64,000 nucleotides of DNA. It comes from Gordius albopunctatus (taxonomy: Eukaryota). The notes under the pieces were generated by a model. That model made no database searches, was not told where the DNA came from, and saw only the letters and a program-made list of their open reading frames with translations. Position numbers and translations under genes: made by a program. The stretch spans positions 4,154,001 through 4,218,000 of the forward strand of contig OZ193910.1 in NCBI GenBank assembly GCA_964276515.1. Direction: 5' to 3'. The number at the start of each line of letters is the position of its first letter. Positions within the stretch are counted from its first letter, which is position 1. Below are positions 1 through 15,700 of the stretch, in pieces.

Positions 1-275
1 CATTTTAACATATATTTTGGACGTTCTTATTATATAAATGCGACTTTTTAATAAATAAAAAAAAATGATGTGAATCATTGAGACATTTAAAACAATGTAA
101 GGAAATAGTTTAGTCATTTTAACAAATATTTTGGACGTTCCTATTATATAAATGCGACTTTTTAATAAATAAATACAAATGATGTGAATCATTGAGACAT
201 TTAAAACAATGTAAGGAAACAGTTTAGTCATTTTAACATATATTTAGGACGTTCTTATTATATAAATGCGACTTT

Positions 276-3200
276 TTAATAAATAAAAAAAATGATGTGA
301 ATCATTGAGACATTTAAAACAATGTAAGGAAATAGTTTAGTTATTTTAACATATATTTTGGACGTTCCTATTATATAAATGCGACTTTTTAATAAATAAA
401 TACAAATGATGTGAATCATTGAGACATTTAAAACAATGTAAGGAAATAGTTTAGTCATTTTAACATATATTTTGGATGTTCTTATTATATAAATGCGACT
501 TTTTAATAAATAAAAAAAAATGATGTGAATCATTGAGACATTTAAAACAATGTAAGGAAATAGTTTAGTCATTTTAACATATATTTTGGACGTTCCTATT
601 ATATAAATGCGACTTTTTAATAAATAAATACAAATGATGTGAATCATTGAGACATTTAAAACAATGTAAGGAAATAGTTTAGTTATTTTAACATATATTT
701 TGGACGTTCTTATTATATAAATGCGACTTTTTAATAAATAAAAAAAAATGATGTAAATAATTGAGATATTTAAAACAATGTAAGGAAATAGTTTAGTCAT
801 TTTAACATATATTTTGGACGTTCTTATTATATAAATGCGACTTTTTAATAAATAAATACAAATGATGTGAATCATTGAGACATTTAAAACAATGTAAGGA
901 AATAGTTTAGTTATTTTAACATATATTTTGGACGTTCCTATTATATAAATGCGACTTTTTAATAAATAAATACAAATGATGTGAATCATTGAGACATTTA
1001 AAACAATGTAAGGAAATAGTTTAGTCATTTTAACATATATTTTGGATGTTCTTATTATATAAATGCGACTTTTTAATAAATAAAAAAAATGATGTGAATC
1101 ATTGAGACATTTAAAACAATGTAAGGAAATAGTTTAGTCATTTTAACATATATTTTGGACGTTCTTATTATATAAATGCGACTTTTTAATAAATAAAAAA
1201 AAATGATGTGAATCATTGAGACATTTAAAACAATGTAAGGAAATAGTTTAGTTATTTTAACATATATTTTGGACGTTCTTATTATATAAATGCGACTTTT
1301 TAATAAATAAAAAAAATGATGTGAATCATTGAGACATTTAAAACAATGTAAGGAAATAGTTTAGTCATTTTAACATATATTTTGGACGTTCTTATTATAT
1401 AAATGCGACTTTTTAATAAATAAATACAAATGATGTGAATCATTGAGACATTTAAAACAATGTAAGGAAATAGTTTAGTCATTTTAACATATATTTTGGA
1501 CGTTCTTATTATATAAATGCGACTTTTTAATAAATAAATACAAATGATGTGAATCATTGAGACATTTAAAACAATGTAAGGAAATAGTTTAGTCATTTTA
1601 ACATATATTTTGGACGTTCCTATTATATAAATGCGACTTTTTAATAAATAAATACAAATGATGTGAATCATTGAGACATTTAAAACAATGTAAGGAAATA
1701 GTTTAGTCATTTTAACATATATTTTGGACGTTCTTATTATATAAATGCGACTTTTTAATAAATAAAAAAAATGATGTGAATCATTGAGACATTTAAAACA
1801 ATGTAAGGAAATAGTTTAGTCATTTTAACATATATTTTGGACGTTCCTATTATATAAATGCGACTTTTTAATAAATAAATACAAATGATGTGAATAATTG
1901 AGACATTTAAAACAATGTAAGGAAATAGTTTAGTCATTTTAACATATATTTTGGACGTTCTTATTATATAAATGCGACTTTTTAATAAATAAATACAAAT
2001 GATGTGAATCATTGAGACATTTAAAACAATGTAAGGAAATAGTTTAGTCATTTTAACATATATTTTGCACGTTCCTATTATATAAATGCGACTTTTTAAT
2101 AAATAAATACAAATGATGTGAATCATTGAGACATTTAAAACAATGTAAGGAAATAGTTTAGTCATTTTAACATATATTTTGGACGTTCTTATTATATAAA
2201 TGCGACTTTTTAATAAATAAAAAAAATGATGTGAATCATTGAGACATTTAAAACAATGTAAGGAAATAGTTTAGTCATTTTAACATATATTTTGGACGTT
2301 CCTATTATAAAAATGCGACTTTTTAATAAATAAATACAAATGATGTGAATAATTGAGACATTTAAAACAATGTAAGGAAATAGTTTAGTTATTTTAACAT
2401 ATATTTTGGACGTTCTTATTATATAAATGCGACTTTTTAATAAATAAATACAAATGATGTGAATCATTGAGACATTTAAAACAATGTAAGGAAATAGTTT
2501 AGTCATTTTAACATATATTTTGGACGTTCCTATTATATAAATGCGACTTTTTAATAAATAAATACAAATGATGTGAATCATTGAGACATTTAAAACAATG
2601 TAAGGAAATAGTTTAGTCATTTTAACATATATTTTGGACGTTCTTATTATATAAATGCGACTTTTTAATAAATAAAAAAAATGATGTGAATCATTGAGAC
2701 ATTTAAAACAATGTAAGGAAATAGTTTAGTCATTTTAACATATATTTTGGACGTTCTTATTATATAAATGCGACTTTTTAATAAATAAATACAAATGATG
2801 TGAATCATTGAGACATTTAAAACAATGTAAGGAAATAGTTTAGTCATTTTAACATATATTTTGGACGTTCTTATTATATAAATGCGACTTTTTAATAAAT
2901 AAATACAAATGATGTGAATCATTGAGACATTTAAAACAATGTAAGGAAATAGTTTAGTCATTTTAACATATATTTTGGACGTTCCTATTATATAAATGCG
3001 ACTTTTTAATAAATAAAAAAAAATGATGTGAATCATTGAGACATTTAAAACAATGTAAGGAAATAGTTTAGTCATTTTAACATATATTTTGGACGTTCTT
3101 ATTATATAAATGCGACTTTTTAATAAATAAAAAAAATGATGTGAATCATTGAGACATTTAAAACAATGTAAGGAAATAGTTTAGTCATTTTAACATATAT

Positions 3201-6200
3201 TTTGGACGTTCCTATTATATAAATGCGACTTTTTAATAAATAAATACAAATGATGTGAATAATTGAGACATTTAAAACAATGTAAGGAAATAGTTTAGTC
3301 ATTTTAACATATATTTTGGACGTTCCTATTATATAAATGCGACTTTTTAATAAATAAATACAAATGATGTGAATCATTGAGACATTTAAAACAATGTAAG
3401 GAAATAGTTTAGTCATTTTAACATATATTTTGGACGTTCTTATTATATAAATGCGACTTTTTAATAAATAAAAAAAAATGATGTGAATCATTGAGACATT
3501 TAAAACAATGTAAGGAAATAGTTTAGTCATTTTAACAAATATTTTGGACGTTCCTATTATATAAATGCGACTTTTTAATAAATAAATACAAATGATGTGA
3601 ATCATTGAGACATTTAAAACAATGTAAGGAAACAGTTTAGTCATTTTAACATATATTTTGGACGTTCTTATTATATAAATGCGACTTTTTAATAAATAAA
3701 AAAAATGATGTGAATCATTGAGACATTTAAAACAATGTAAGGAAATAGTTTAGTCATTTTAACATATATTTTGGACGTTCCTATTATATAAATGCGACTT
3801 TTTAATAAATAAATACAAATGATGTGAATCATTGAGACATTTAAAACAATGTAAGGAAATAGTTTAGTTATTTTAACATATATTTTGGACGTTCTTATTA
3901 TATAAATGCGACTTTTTAATAAATAAAAAAAAATGATGTAAATAATTGAGATATTTAAAACAATGTAAGGAAATAGTTTAGTCATTTTAACATATATTTT
4001 GGACGTTCTTATTATATAAATGCGACTTTTTAATAAATAAATACAAATGATGTGAATCATTGAGACATTTAAAACAATGTAAGGAAATAGTTTAGTCATT
4101 TTAACATATATTTTGGACGTTCCTATTATATAAATGCGACTTTTTAATAAATAAATACAAATGATGTGAATCATTGAGACATTTAAAACAATGTAAGGAA
4201 ATAGTTTAGTCATTTTAACATATATTTTGGACGTTCTTATTATATAAATGCGACTTTTTAATAAATAAAAAAAATGATGTGAATCATTGAGACATTTAAA
4301 ACAATGTAAGGAAATAGTTTAGTTATTTTAACATATATTTTGGACGTTCCTATTATATAAATGCGACTTTTTAATAAATAAATACAAATGATGTGAATCA
4401 TTGAGACATTTAAAACAATGTAAGGAAATAGTTTAGTCATTTTAACATATATTTTGGACGTTCTTATTATATAAATGCGACTTTTTAATAAATAAATACA
4501 AATGATGTGAATCATTGAGACATTTAAAACAATGTAAGGAAATAGTTTAGTTATTTTAACATATATTTTGGACGTTCCTATTATATAAATGCGACTTTTT
4601 AATAAATAAAAAAAAATGATGTAAATAATTGAGATATTTAAAACAATGTAAGGAAATAGTTTAGTCATTTTAACATATATTTTGGACGTTCTTATTATAT
4701 AAATGCGACTTTTTAATAAATAAATACAAATGATGTGAATCATTGAGACATTTAAAACAATGTAAGGAAATAGTTTAGTCATTTTAACATATATTTTGGA
4801 CGTTCCTATTATATAAATGCGACTTTTTAATAAATAAATACAAATGATGTGAATCATTGAGACATTTAAAACAATGTAAGGAAATAGTTTAGTCATTTTA
4901 ACATATATTTTGGACGTTCTTATTATATAAATGCGACTTTTTAATAAATAAAAAAAATGATGTGAATCATTGAGACATTTAAAACAATGTAAGGAAATAG
5001 TTTAGTCATTTTAACATATATTTTGGACGTTCCTATTATATAAATGCGACTTTTTAATAAATAAATACAAATGATGTGAATCATTGAGACATTTAAAACA
5101 ATGTAAGGAAATAGTTTAGTTATTTTAACATATATTTTGGACGTTCTTATTATATAAATGCGACTTTTTAATAAATAAAAAAAATGATGTGAATCATTGA
5201 GACATTTAAAACAATGTAAGGAAATAGTTTAGTCATTTTAACATATATTTTGGACGTTCTTATTATATAAATGCGACTTTTTAATAAATAAAAAAAAATG
5301 ATGTGAATCATTGAGACATTTAAAACAATGTAAGGAAATAGTTTAGTTATTTTAACATATATTTTGGACGTTCCTATTATATAAATGCGACTTTTTAATA
5401 AATAAATACAAATGATGTGAATCATTGAGACATTTAAAACAATGTAAGGAAATAGTTTAGTTATTTTAACATATATTTTGGACGTTCTTATTATATAAAT
5501 GCGACTTTTTAATAAATAAAAAAAAATGATGTAAATAATTGAGATATTTAAAACAATGTAAGGAAATAGTTTAGTCATTTTAACATATATTTTGGACGTT
5601 CTTATTATATAAATGCGACTTTTTAATAAATAAATACAAATGATGTGAATCATTGAGACATTTAAAACAATGTAAGGAAATAGTTTAGTCATTTTAACAT
5701 ATATTTTGGACGTTCCTATTATATAAATGCGACTTTTTAATAAATAAATACAAATGATGTGAATCATTGAGACATTTAAAACAATGTAAGGAAATAGTTT
5801 AGTCATTTTAACATATATTTTGGACGTTCTTATTATATAAATGCGACTTTTTAATAAATAAAAAAAATGATGTGAATCATTGAGACATTTAAAACAATGT
5901 AAGGAAATAGTTTAGTTATTTTAACATATATTTTGGACGTTCCTATTATATAAATGCGACTTTTTAATAAATAAATACAAATGATGTGAATCATTGAGAC
6001 ATTTAAAACAATGTAAGGAAATAGTTTAGTCATTTTAACATATATTTTGGACGTTCTTATTATATAAATGCGACTTTTTAATAAATAAAAAAAAATGATG
6101 TGAATCATTGAGACATTTAAAACAATGTAAGGAAATAGTTTAGTCATTTTAACATATATTTTGGGCGTTCCTATTATATAAATGCGACTTTTTAATAAAT

Positions 6201-9200
6201 AAAAAAAAATAATGTGAATCATTGAGACATTTAAAACAATGTAAGGAAATAGTTTAGTCATTTTAACATATATTTTGGACGTTCCTATTATATAAATGCG
6301 ACTTTTTAATAAATAAATACAAATGATGTGAATCATTGAGACATTTAAAACAATGTAAGGAAATAGTTTAGTCATTTTAACATATATTTTGGACGTTCTT
6401 ATTATATAAATGCGACTTTTTAATAAATAAATACAAATGATGTGAATCATTGAGACATTTAAAACAATGTAAGGAAACAGTTTAGTCATTTTAACATATA
6501 TTTAGGACGTTCTTATTATATAAATGCGACTTTTTAATAAATAAAAAAAATGATGTGAATCATTGAGACATTTAAAACAATGTAAGGAAATAGTTTAGTT
6601 ATTTTAACATATATTTTGGACGTTCCTATTATATAAATGCGACTTTTTAATAAATAAAAAAAAATGATGTGAATCATTGAGACATTTAAAACAATGTAAG
6701 GAAATAGTTTAGTCATTTTAACATATATTTTGGACGTTCTTATTAAATAAATGCGACTTTTTAATAAATAAAAAAAAATGATGTGAATCATTGAGACATT
6801 TAAAACAATGTAAGGAAATAGTTTAGTTATTTTAACATATATTTTGGACGTTCTTATTATATAAATGCGACTTTTTAATAAATAAAAAAAAATGATGTGA
6901 ATCATTGAGACATTTAAAACAATGTAAGGAAATAGTTTAGTCATTTTAACATATATTTTGGACGTTCTTATTATATAAATGCGACTTTTTAATAAATAAA
7001 AAAAAATGATGTGAATCATTGAGACATTTAAAACAATGTAAGGAAATAGTTTAGTCATTTTAACAAATATTTTAGACGTTCCTATTATATAAATGCGACT
7101 TTTTAATAAATAAAAAAAAATGATGTGAATCATTGAGACATTTAAAACAATGTAAGGAAATAGTTTAGTCATTTTAACATATATTTTGGACGTTCCTATT
7201 ATATAAATGCGACTTTTTAATAAATAAAAAAAAATGATGTGAATCATTGAGACATTTAAAACAATGTAAGGAAATAGTTTAGTCATTTTAACATATATTT
7301 TGGACGTTCTTATTATATAAATGCGACTTTTTAATAAATAAAAAAAAATGATGTGAATCATTGAGACATTTAAAACAATGTAAGGAAATAGTTTAGTCAT
7401 TTTAACAAATATTTTAGACGTTCCTATTATATAAATGCGACTTTTTAATAAATAAAAAAAAATGATGTGAATCATTGAGACATTTAAAACAATGTAAGGA
7501 AATAGTTTAGTCATTTTAACATATATTTTGGACGTTCCTATTATATAAATGCGACTTTTTAATAAATAAATACAAATGATGTGAATCATTGAGACATTTA
7601 AAACAATGTAAGGAAATAGTTTAGTCATTTTAACATATATTTTGGACGTTCTTATTATATAAATGCGACTTTTTAATAAATAAAAAAAATGATGTGAATC
7701 ATTGAGACATTTAAAACAATGTAAGGAAATAGTTTAGTCATTTTAACATATATTTTGGACGTTCTTATTATATAAATGCGACTTTTTAATAAATAAATAC
7801 AAATGATGTGAATCATTGAGACATTTAAAACAATGTAAGGAAATAGTTTAGTCATTTTAACAAATATTTTAGACGTTCCTATTATATAAATGCGACTTTT
7901 TAATAAATAAAAAAAAATGATGTGAATCATTGAGACATTTAAAACAATGTAAGGAAATAGTTTAGTCATTTTAACATATATTTTGGACGTTCCTATTATA
8001 TAAATGCGACTTTTTAATAAATAAATACAAATGATGTGAATCATTGAGACATTTAAAACAATGTAAGGAAATAGTTTAGTCATTTTAACATATATTTTGG
8101 ACGTTCTTATTATATAAATGCGACTTTTTAATAAATAAAAAAAATGATGTGAATCATTGAGACATTTAAAACAATGTAAGGAAATAGTTTAGTCATTTTA
8201 ACATATATTTTGGACGTTCCTATTATATAAATGCGACTTTTTAATAAATAAATACAAATGATGTGAATAATTGAGACATTTAAAACAATGTAAGGAAATA
8301 GTTTAGTCATTTTAACATATATTTTGGACGTTCCTATTATATAAATGCGACTTTTTAATAAATAAATACAAATGATGTGAATCATTGAGACATTTAAAAC
8401 AATGTAAGGAAATAGTTTAGTCATTTTAACATATATTTTGGACGTTCTTATTATATAAATGCGACTTTTTAATAAATAAAAAAAATGATGTGAATCATTG
8501 AGACATTTAAAACAATGTAAGGAAATAGTTTAGTCATTTTAACATATATTTTGGACGTTCTTATTATATAAATGCGACTTTTTAATAAATAAAAAAAAAT
8601 GATGTGAATCATTGAGACATTTAAAACAATGTAAGGAAATAGTTTAGTCATTTTAACAAATATTTTGGACGTTCCTATTATATAAATGCGACTTTTTAAT
8701 AAATAAATACAAATGATGTGAATCATTGAGACATTTAAAACAATGTAAGGAAACAGTTTAGTCATTTTAACATATATTTAGGACGTTCTTATTATATAAA
8801 TGCGACTTTTTAATAAATAAAAAAAAATAATGTGAATCATTGAGACATTTAAAACAATGTAAGGAAATAGTTTAGTCATTTTAACATATATTTTGGACGT
8901 TCCTATTATATAAATGCGACTTTTTAATAAATAAATACAAATGATGTGAATCATTGAGACATTTAAAACAATGTAAGGAAATAGTTTAGTCATTTTAACA
9001 TATATTTTGGACGTTCCTATTATATAAATGCGACTTTTTAATAAATAAAAAAAAATGATGTGAATCATTGAGACATTTAAAACAATGTAAGGAAATAGTT
9101 TAGTCATTTTAACATATATTTTGGACGTTCTTATTATATAAATGCGACTTTTTAATAAATAAATACAAATGATGTGAATCATTGAGACATTTAAAACAAT

Positions 9201-12200
9201 GTAAGGAAATAGTTTAGTCATTTTAACATATATTTTGGACGTTCTTATTATATAAATGCGACTTTTTAATAAATAAATACAAATGATGTGAATCATTGAG
9301 ACATTTAAAACAATGTAAGGAAATAGTTTAGTCATTTTAACATATATTTTGGACGTTCCTATTATATAAATGCGACTTTTTAATAAATAAAAAAAAATGA
9401 TGTGAATCATTGAGACATTTAAAACAATGTAAGGAAATAGTTTAGTCATTTTAACATATATTTTGGACGTTCTTATTATATAAATGCGACTTTTTAATAA
9501 ATAAATACAAATGATGTGAATCATTGAGACATTTAAAACAATGTAAGGAAATAGTTTAGTCATTTTAACATATATTTTGGACGTTCTTATTATATAAATG
9601 CGACTTTTTAATAAATAAAAAAAATGATGTGAATCATTGAGACATTTAAAACAATGTAAGGAAATAGTTTAGTCATTTTAACATATATTTTGGACGTTCT
9701 TATTATATAAATGCGACTTTTTAATAAATAAAAAAAAATGATGTGAATCATTGAGACATTTAAAACAATGTAAGGAAATAGTTTAGTTATTTTAACATAT
9801 ATTTTGGACGTTCTTATTATATAAATGCGACTTTTTAATAAATAAAAAAAAATGATGTGAATCATTGAGACATTTAAAACAATGTAAGGAAATAGTTTAG
9901 TCATTTTAACATATATTTTGGACGTTCTTATTATATAAATGCGACTTTTTAATAAATAAATACAAATGATGTGAATCATTGAGACATTTAAAACAATGTA
10001 AGGAAATAGTTTAGTCATTTTAACATATATTTTGGACGTTCTTATTATATAAATGCGACTTTTTAATAAATAAAAAAAAATGATGTGAATCATTGAGACA
10101 TTTAAAACAATGTAAGGAAATAGTTTAGTCATTTTAACATATATTTTGGGCGTTCCTATTATATAAATGCGACTTTTTAATAAATAAAAAAAAATAATGT
10201 GAATCATTGAGACATTTAAAACAATGTAAGGAAATAGTTTAGTCATTTTAACATATATTTTGGACGTTCCTATTATATAAATGCGACTTTTTAATAAATA
10301 AATACAAATGATGTGAATCATTGAGACATTTAAAACAATGTAAGGAAATAGTTTAGTCATTTTAACATATATTTTGGACGTTCCTATTATATAAATGCGA
10401 CTTTTTAATAAATAAATACAAATGATGTGAATCATTGAGACATTTAAAACAATGTAAGGAAATAGTTTAGTCATTTTAACATATATTTTGGACGTTCTTA
10501 TTATATAAATGCGACTTTTTAATAAATAAAAAAAAATGATGTGAATCATTGAGACATTTAAAACAATGTAAGGAAATAGTTTAGTCATTTTAACATATAT
10601 TTTGGGCGTTCCTATTATATAAATGCGACTTTTTAATAAATAAAAAAAAATAATGTGAATCATTGAGACATTTAAAACAATGTAAGGAAATAGTTTAGTC
10701 ATTTTAACATATATTTTGGACGTTCCTATTATATAAATGCGACTTTTTAATAAATAAATACAAATGATGTGAATCATTGAGACATTTAAAACAATGTAAG
10801 GAAATAGTTTAGTCATTTTAACATATATTTTGGACGTTCCTATTATATAAATGCGACTTTTTAATAAATAAAAAAAAATGATGTGAATCATTGAGACATT
10901 TAAAACAATGTAAGGAAATAGTTTAGTCATTTTAACATATATTTTGGACGTTCTTATTATATAAATGCGACTTTTTAATAAATAAATACAAATGATGTGA
11001 ATCATTGAGACATTTAAAACAATGTAAGGAAATAGTTTAGTCATTTTAACATATATTTTGGACGTTCTTATTATATAAATGCGACTTTTTAATAAATAAA
11101 TACAAATGATGTGAATCATTGAGACATTTAAAACAATGTAAGGAAATAGTTTAGTCATTTTAACATATATTTTGGACGTTCCTATTATATAAATGCGACT
11201 TTTTAATAAATAAAAAAAAATGATGTGAATCATTGAGACATTTAAAACAATGTAAGGAAATAGTTTAGTCATTTTAACATATATTTTGGACGTTCTTATT
11301 ATATAAATGCGACTTTTTAATAAATAAATACAAATGATGTGAATCATTGAGACATTTAAAACAATGTAAGGAAATAGTTTAGTCATTTTAACATATATTT
11401 TGGACGTTCTTATTATATAAATGCGACTTTTTAATAAATAAAAAAAATGATGTGAATCATTGAGACATTTAAAACAATGTAAGGAAATAGTTTAGTCATT
11501 TTAACATATATTTTGGACGTTCTTATTATATAAATGCGACTTTTTAATAAATAAAAAAAAATGATGTGAATCATTGAGACATTTAAAACAATGTAAGGAA
11601 ATAGTTTAGTTATTTTAACATATATTTTGGACGTTCTTATTATATAAATGCGACTTTTTAATAAATAAAAAAAAATGATGTGAATCATTGAGACATTTAA
11701 AACAATGTAAGGAAATAGTTTAGTCATTTTAACATATATTTTGGACGTTCTTATTATATAAATGCGACTTTTTAATAAATAAAAAAAAATGATGTGAATC
11801 ATTGAGACATTTAAAACAATGTAAGGAAATAGTTTAGTCATTTTAACAAATATTTTAGACGTTCCTATTATATAAATGCGACTTTTTAATAAATAAAAAA
11901 AAATGATGTGAATCATTGAGACATTTAAAACAATGTAAGGAAATAGTTTAGTCATTTTAACATATATTTTGGACGTTCCTATTATATAAATGCGACTTTT
12001 TAATAAATAAATACAAATGATGTGAATCATTGAGACATTTAAAACAATGTAAGGAAATAGTTTAGTCATTTTAACATATATTTTGGACGTTCTTATTATA
12101 TAAATGCGACTTTTTAATAAATAAAAAAAATGATGTGAATCATTGAGACATTTAAAACAATGTAAGGAAATAGTTTAGTCATTTTAACATATATTTTGGA

Positions 12201-12795
12201 CGTTCCTATTATATAAATGCGACTTTTTAATAAATAAATACAAATGATGTGAATAATTGAGACATTTAAAACAATGTAAGGAAATAGTTTAGTCATTTTA
12301 ACATATATTTTGGACGTTCCTATTATATAAATGCGACTTTTTAATAAATAAATACAAATGATGTGAATCATTGAGACATTTAAAACAATGTAAGGAAATA
12401 GTTTAGTCATTTTAACATATATTTTGGACGTTCTTATTATATAAATGCGACTTTTTAATAAATAAAAAAAATGATGTGAATCATTGAGACATTTAAAACA
12501 ATGTAAGGAAATAGTTTAGTCATTTTAACATATATTTTGGACGTTCTTATTATATAAATGCGACTTTTTAATAAATAAAAAAAAATGATGTGAATCATTG
12601 AGACATTTAAAACAATGTAAGGAAATAGTTTAGTCATTTTAACAAATATTTTGGACGTTCCTATTATATAAATGCGACTTTTTAATAAATAAATACAAAT
12701 GATGTGAATCATTGAGACATTTAAAACAATGTAAGGAAACAGTTTAGTCATTTTAACATATATTTAGGACGTTCTTATTATATAAATGCGACTTT
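276..12795 (+). repeat. Higher-order repeat copy 1 (110 monomers: 90x114 + 20x113 = 12,520 bp; phase arbitrary)
   Basis: The ORF-break pattern (276,1300,1755,...,12455) recurs at +12520. The once-per-HOR marker ttttgCacgtt is at 2068, 14588, 27107 and 39627. Confidence 0.95.
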
Positions 12796-15700
12796 TTAAT
12801 AAATAAAAAAAATGATGTGAATCATTGAGACATTTAAAACAATGTAAGGAAATAGTTTAGTTATTTTAACATATATTTTGGACGTTCCTATTATATAAAT
12901 GCGACTTTTTAATAAATAAATACAAATGATGTGAATCATTGAGACATTTAAAACAATGTAAGGAAATAGTTTAGTCATTTTAACATATATTTTGGATGTT
13001 CTTATTATATAAATGCGACTTTTTAATAAATAAAAAAAAATGATGTGAATCATTGAGACATTTAAAACAATGTAAGGAAATAGTTTAGTCATTTTAACAT
13101 ATATTTTGGACGTTCCTATTATATAAATGCGACTTTTTAATAAATAAATACAAATGATGTGAATCATTGAGACATTTAAAACAATGTAAGGAAATAGTTT
13201 AGTTATTTTAACATATATTTTGGACGTTCTTATTATATAAATGCGACTTTTTAATAAATAAAAAAAAATGATGTAAATAATTGAGATATTTAAAACAATG
13301 TAAGGAAATAGTTTAGTCATTTTAACATATATTTTGGACGTTCTTATTATATAAATGCGACTTTTTAATAAATAAATACAAATGATGTGAATCATTGAGA
13401 CATTTAAAACAATGTAAGGAAATAGTTTAGTTATTTTAACATATATTTTGGACGTTCCTATTATATAAATGCGACTTTTTAATAAATAAATACAAATGAT
13501 GTGAATCATTGAGACATTTAAAACAATGTAAGGAAATAGTTTAGTCATTTTAACATATATTTTGGATGTTCTTATTATATAAATGCGACTTTTTAATAAA
13601 TAAAAAAAATGATGTGAATCATTGAGACATTTAAAACAATGTAAGGAAATAGTTTAGTCATTTTAACATATATTTTGGACGTTCTTATTATATAAATGCG
13701 ACTTTTTAATAAATAAAAAAAAATGATGTGAATCATTGAGACATTTAAAACAATGTAAGGAAATAGTTTAGTTATTTTAACATATATTTTGGACGTTCTT
13801 ATTATATAAATGCGACTTTTTAATAAATAAAAAAAATGATGTGAATCATTGAGACATTTAAAACAATGTAAGGAAATAGTTTAGTCATTTTAACATATAT
13901 TTTGGACGTTCTTATTATATAAATGCGACTTTTTAATAAATAAATACAAATGATGTGAATCATTGAGACATTTAAAACAATGTAAGGAAATAGTTTAGTC
14001 ATTTTAACATATATTTTGGACGTTCTTATTATATAAATGCGACTTTTTAATAAATAAATACAAATGATGTGAATCATTGAGACATTTAAAACAATGTAAG
14101 GAAATAGTTTAGTCATTTTAACATATATTTTGGACGTTCCTATTATATAAATGCGACTTTTTAATAAATAAATACAAATGATGTGAATCATTGAGACATT
14201 TAAAACAATGTAAGGAAATAGTTTAGTCATTTTAACATATATTTTGGACGTTCTTATTATATAAATGCGACTTTTTAATAAATAAAAAAAATGATGTGAA
14301 TCATTGAGACATTTAAAACAATGTAAGGAAATAGTTTAGTCATTTTAACATATATTTTGGACGTTCCTATTATATAAATGCGACTTTTTAATAAATAAAT
14401 ACAAATGATGTGAATAATTGAGACATTTAAAACAATGTAAGGAAATAGTTTAGTCATTTTAACATATATTTTGGACGTTCTTATTATATAAATGCGACTT
14501 TTTAATAAATAAATACAAATGATGTGAATCATTGAGACATTTAAAACAATGTAAGGAAATAGTTTAGTCATTTTAACATATATTTTGCACGTTCCTATTA
14601 TATAAATGCGACTTTTTAATAAATAAATACAAATGATGTGAATCATTGAGACATTTAAAACAATGTAAGGAAATAGTTTAGTCATTTTAACATATATTTT
14701 GGACGTTCTTATTATATAAATGCGACTTTTTAATAAATAAAAAAAATGATGTGAATCATTGAGACATTTAAAACAATGTAAGGAAATAGTTTAGTCATTT
14801 TAACATATATTTTGGACGTTCCTATTATAAAAATGCGACTTTTTAATAAATAAATACAAATGATGTGAATAATTGAGACATTTAAAACAATGTAAGGAAA
14901 TAGTTTAGTTATTTTAACATATATTTTGGACGTTCTTATTATATAAATGCGACTTTTTAATAAATAAATACAAATGATGTGAATCATTGAGACATTTAAA
15001 ACAATGTAAGGAAATAGTTTAGTCATTTTAACATATATTTTGGACGTTCCTATTATATAAATGCGACTTTTTAATAAATAAATACAAATGATGTGAATCA
15101 TTGAGACATTTAAAACAATGTAAGGAAATAGTTTAGTCATTTTAACATATATTTTGGACGTTCTTATTATATAAATGCGACTTTTTAATAAATAAAAAAA
15201 ATGATGTGAATCATTGAGACATTTAAAACAATGTAAGGAAATAGTTTAGTCATTTTAACATATATTTTGGACGTTCTTATTATATAAATGCGACTTTTTA
15301 ATAAATAAATACAAATGATGTGAATCATTGAGACATTTAAAACAATGTAAGGAAATAGTTTAGTCATTTTAACATATATTTTGGACGTTCTTATTATATA
15401 AATGCGACTTTTTAATAAATAAATACAAATGATGTGAATCATTGAGACATTTAAAACAATGTAAGGAAATAGTTTAGTCATTTTAACATATATTTTGGAC
15501 GTTCCTATTATATAAATGCGACTTTTTAATAAATAAAAAAAAATGATGTGAATCATTGAGACATTTAAAACAATGTAAGGAAATAGTTTAGTCATTTTAA
15601 CATATATTTTGGACGTTCTTATTATATAAATGCGACTTTTTAATAAATAAAAAAAATGATGTGAATCATTGAGACATTTAAAACAATGTAAGGAAATAGT

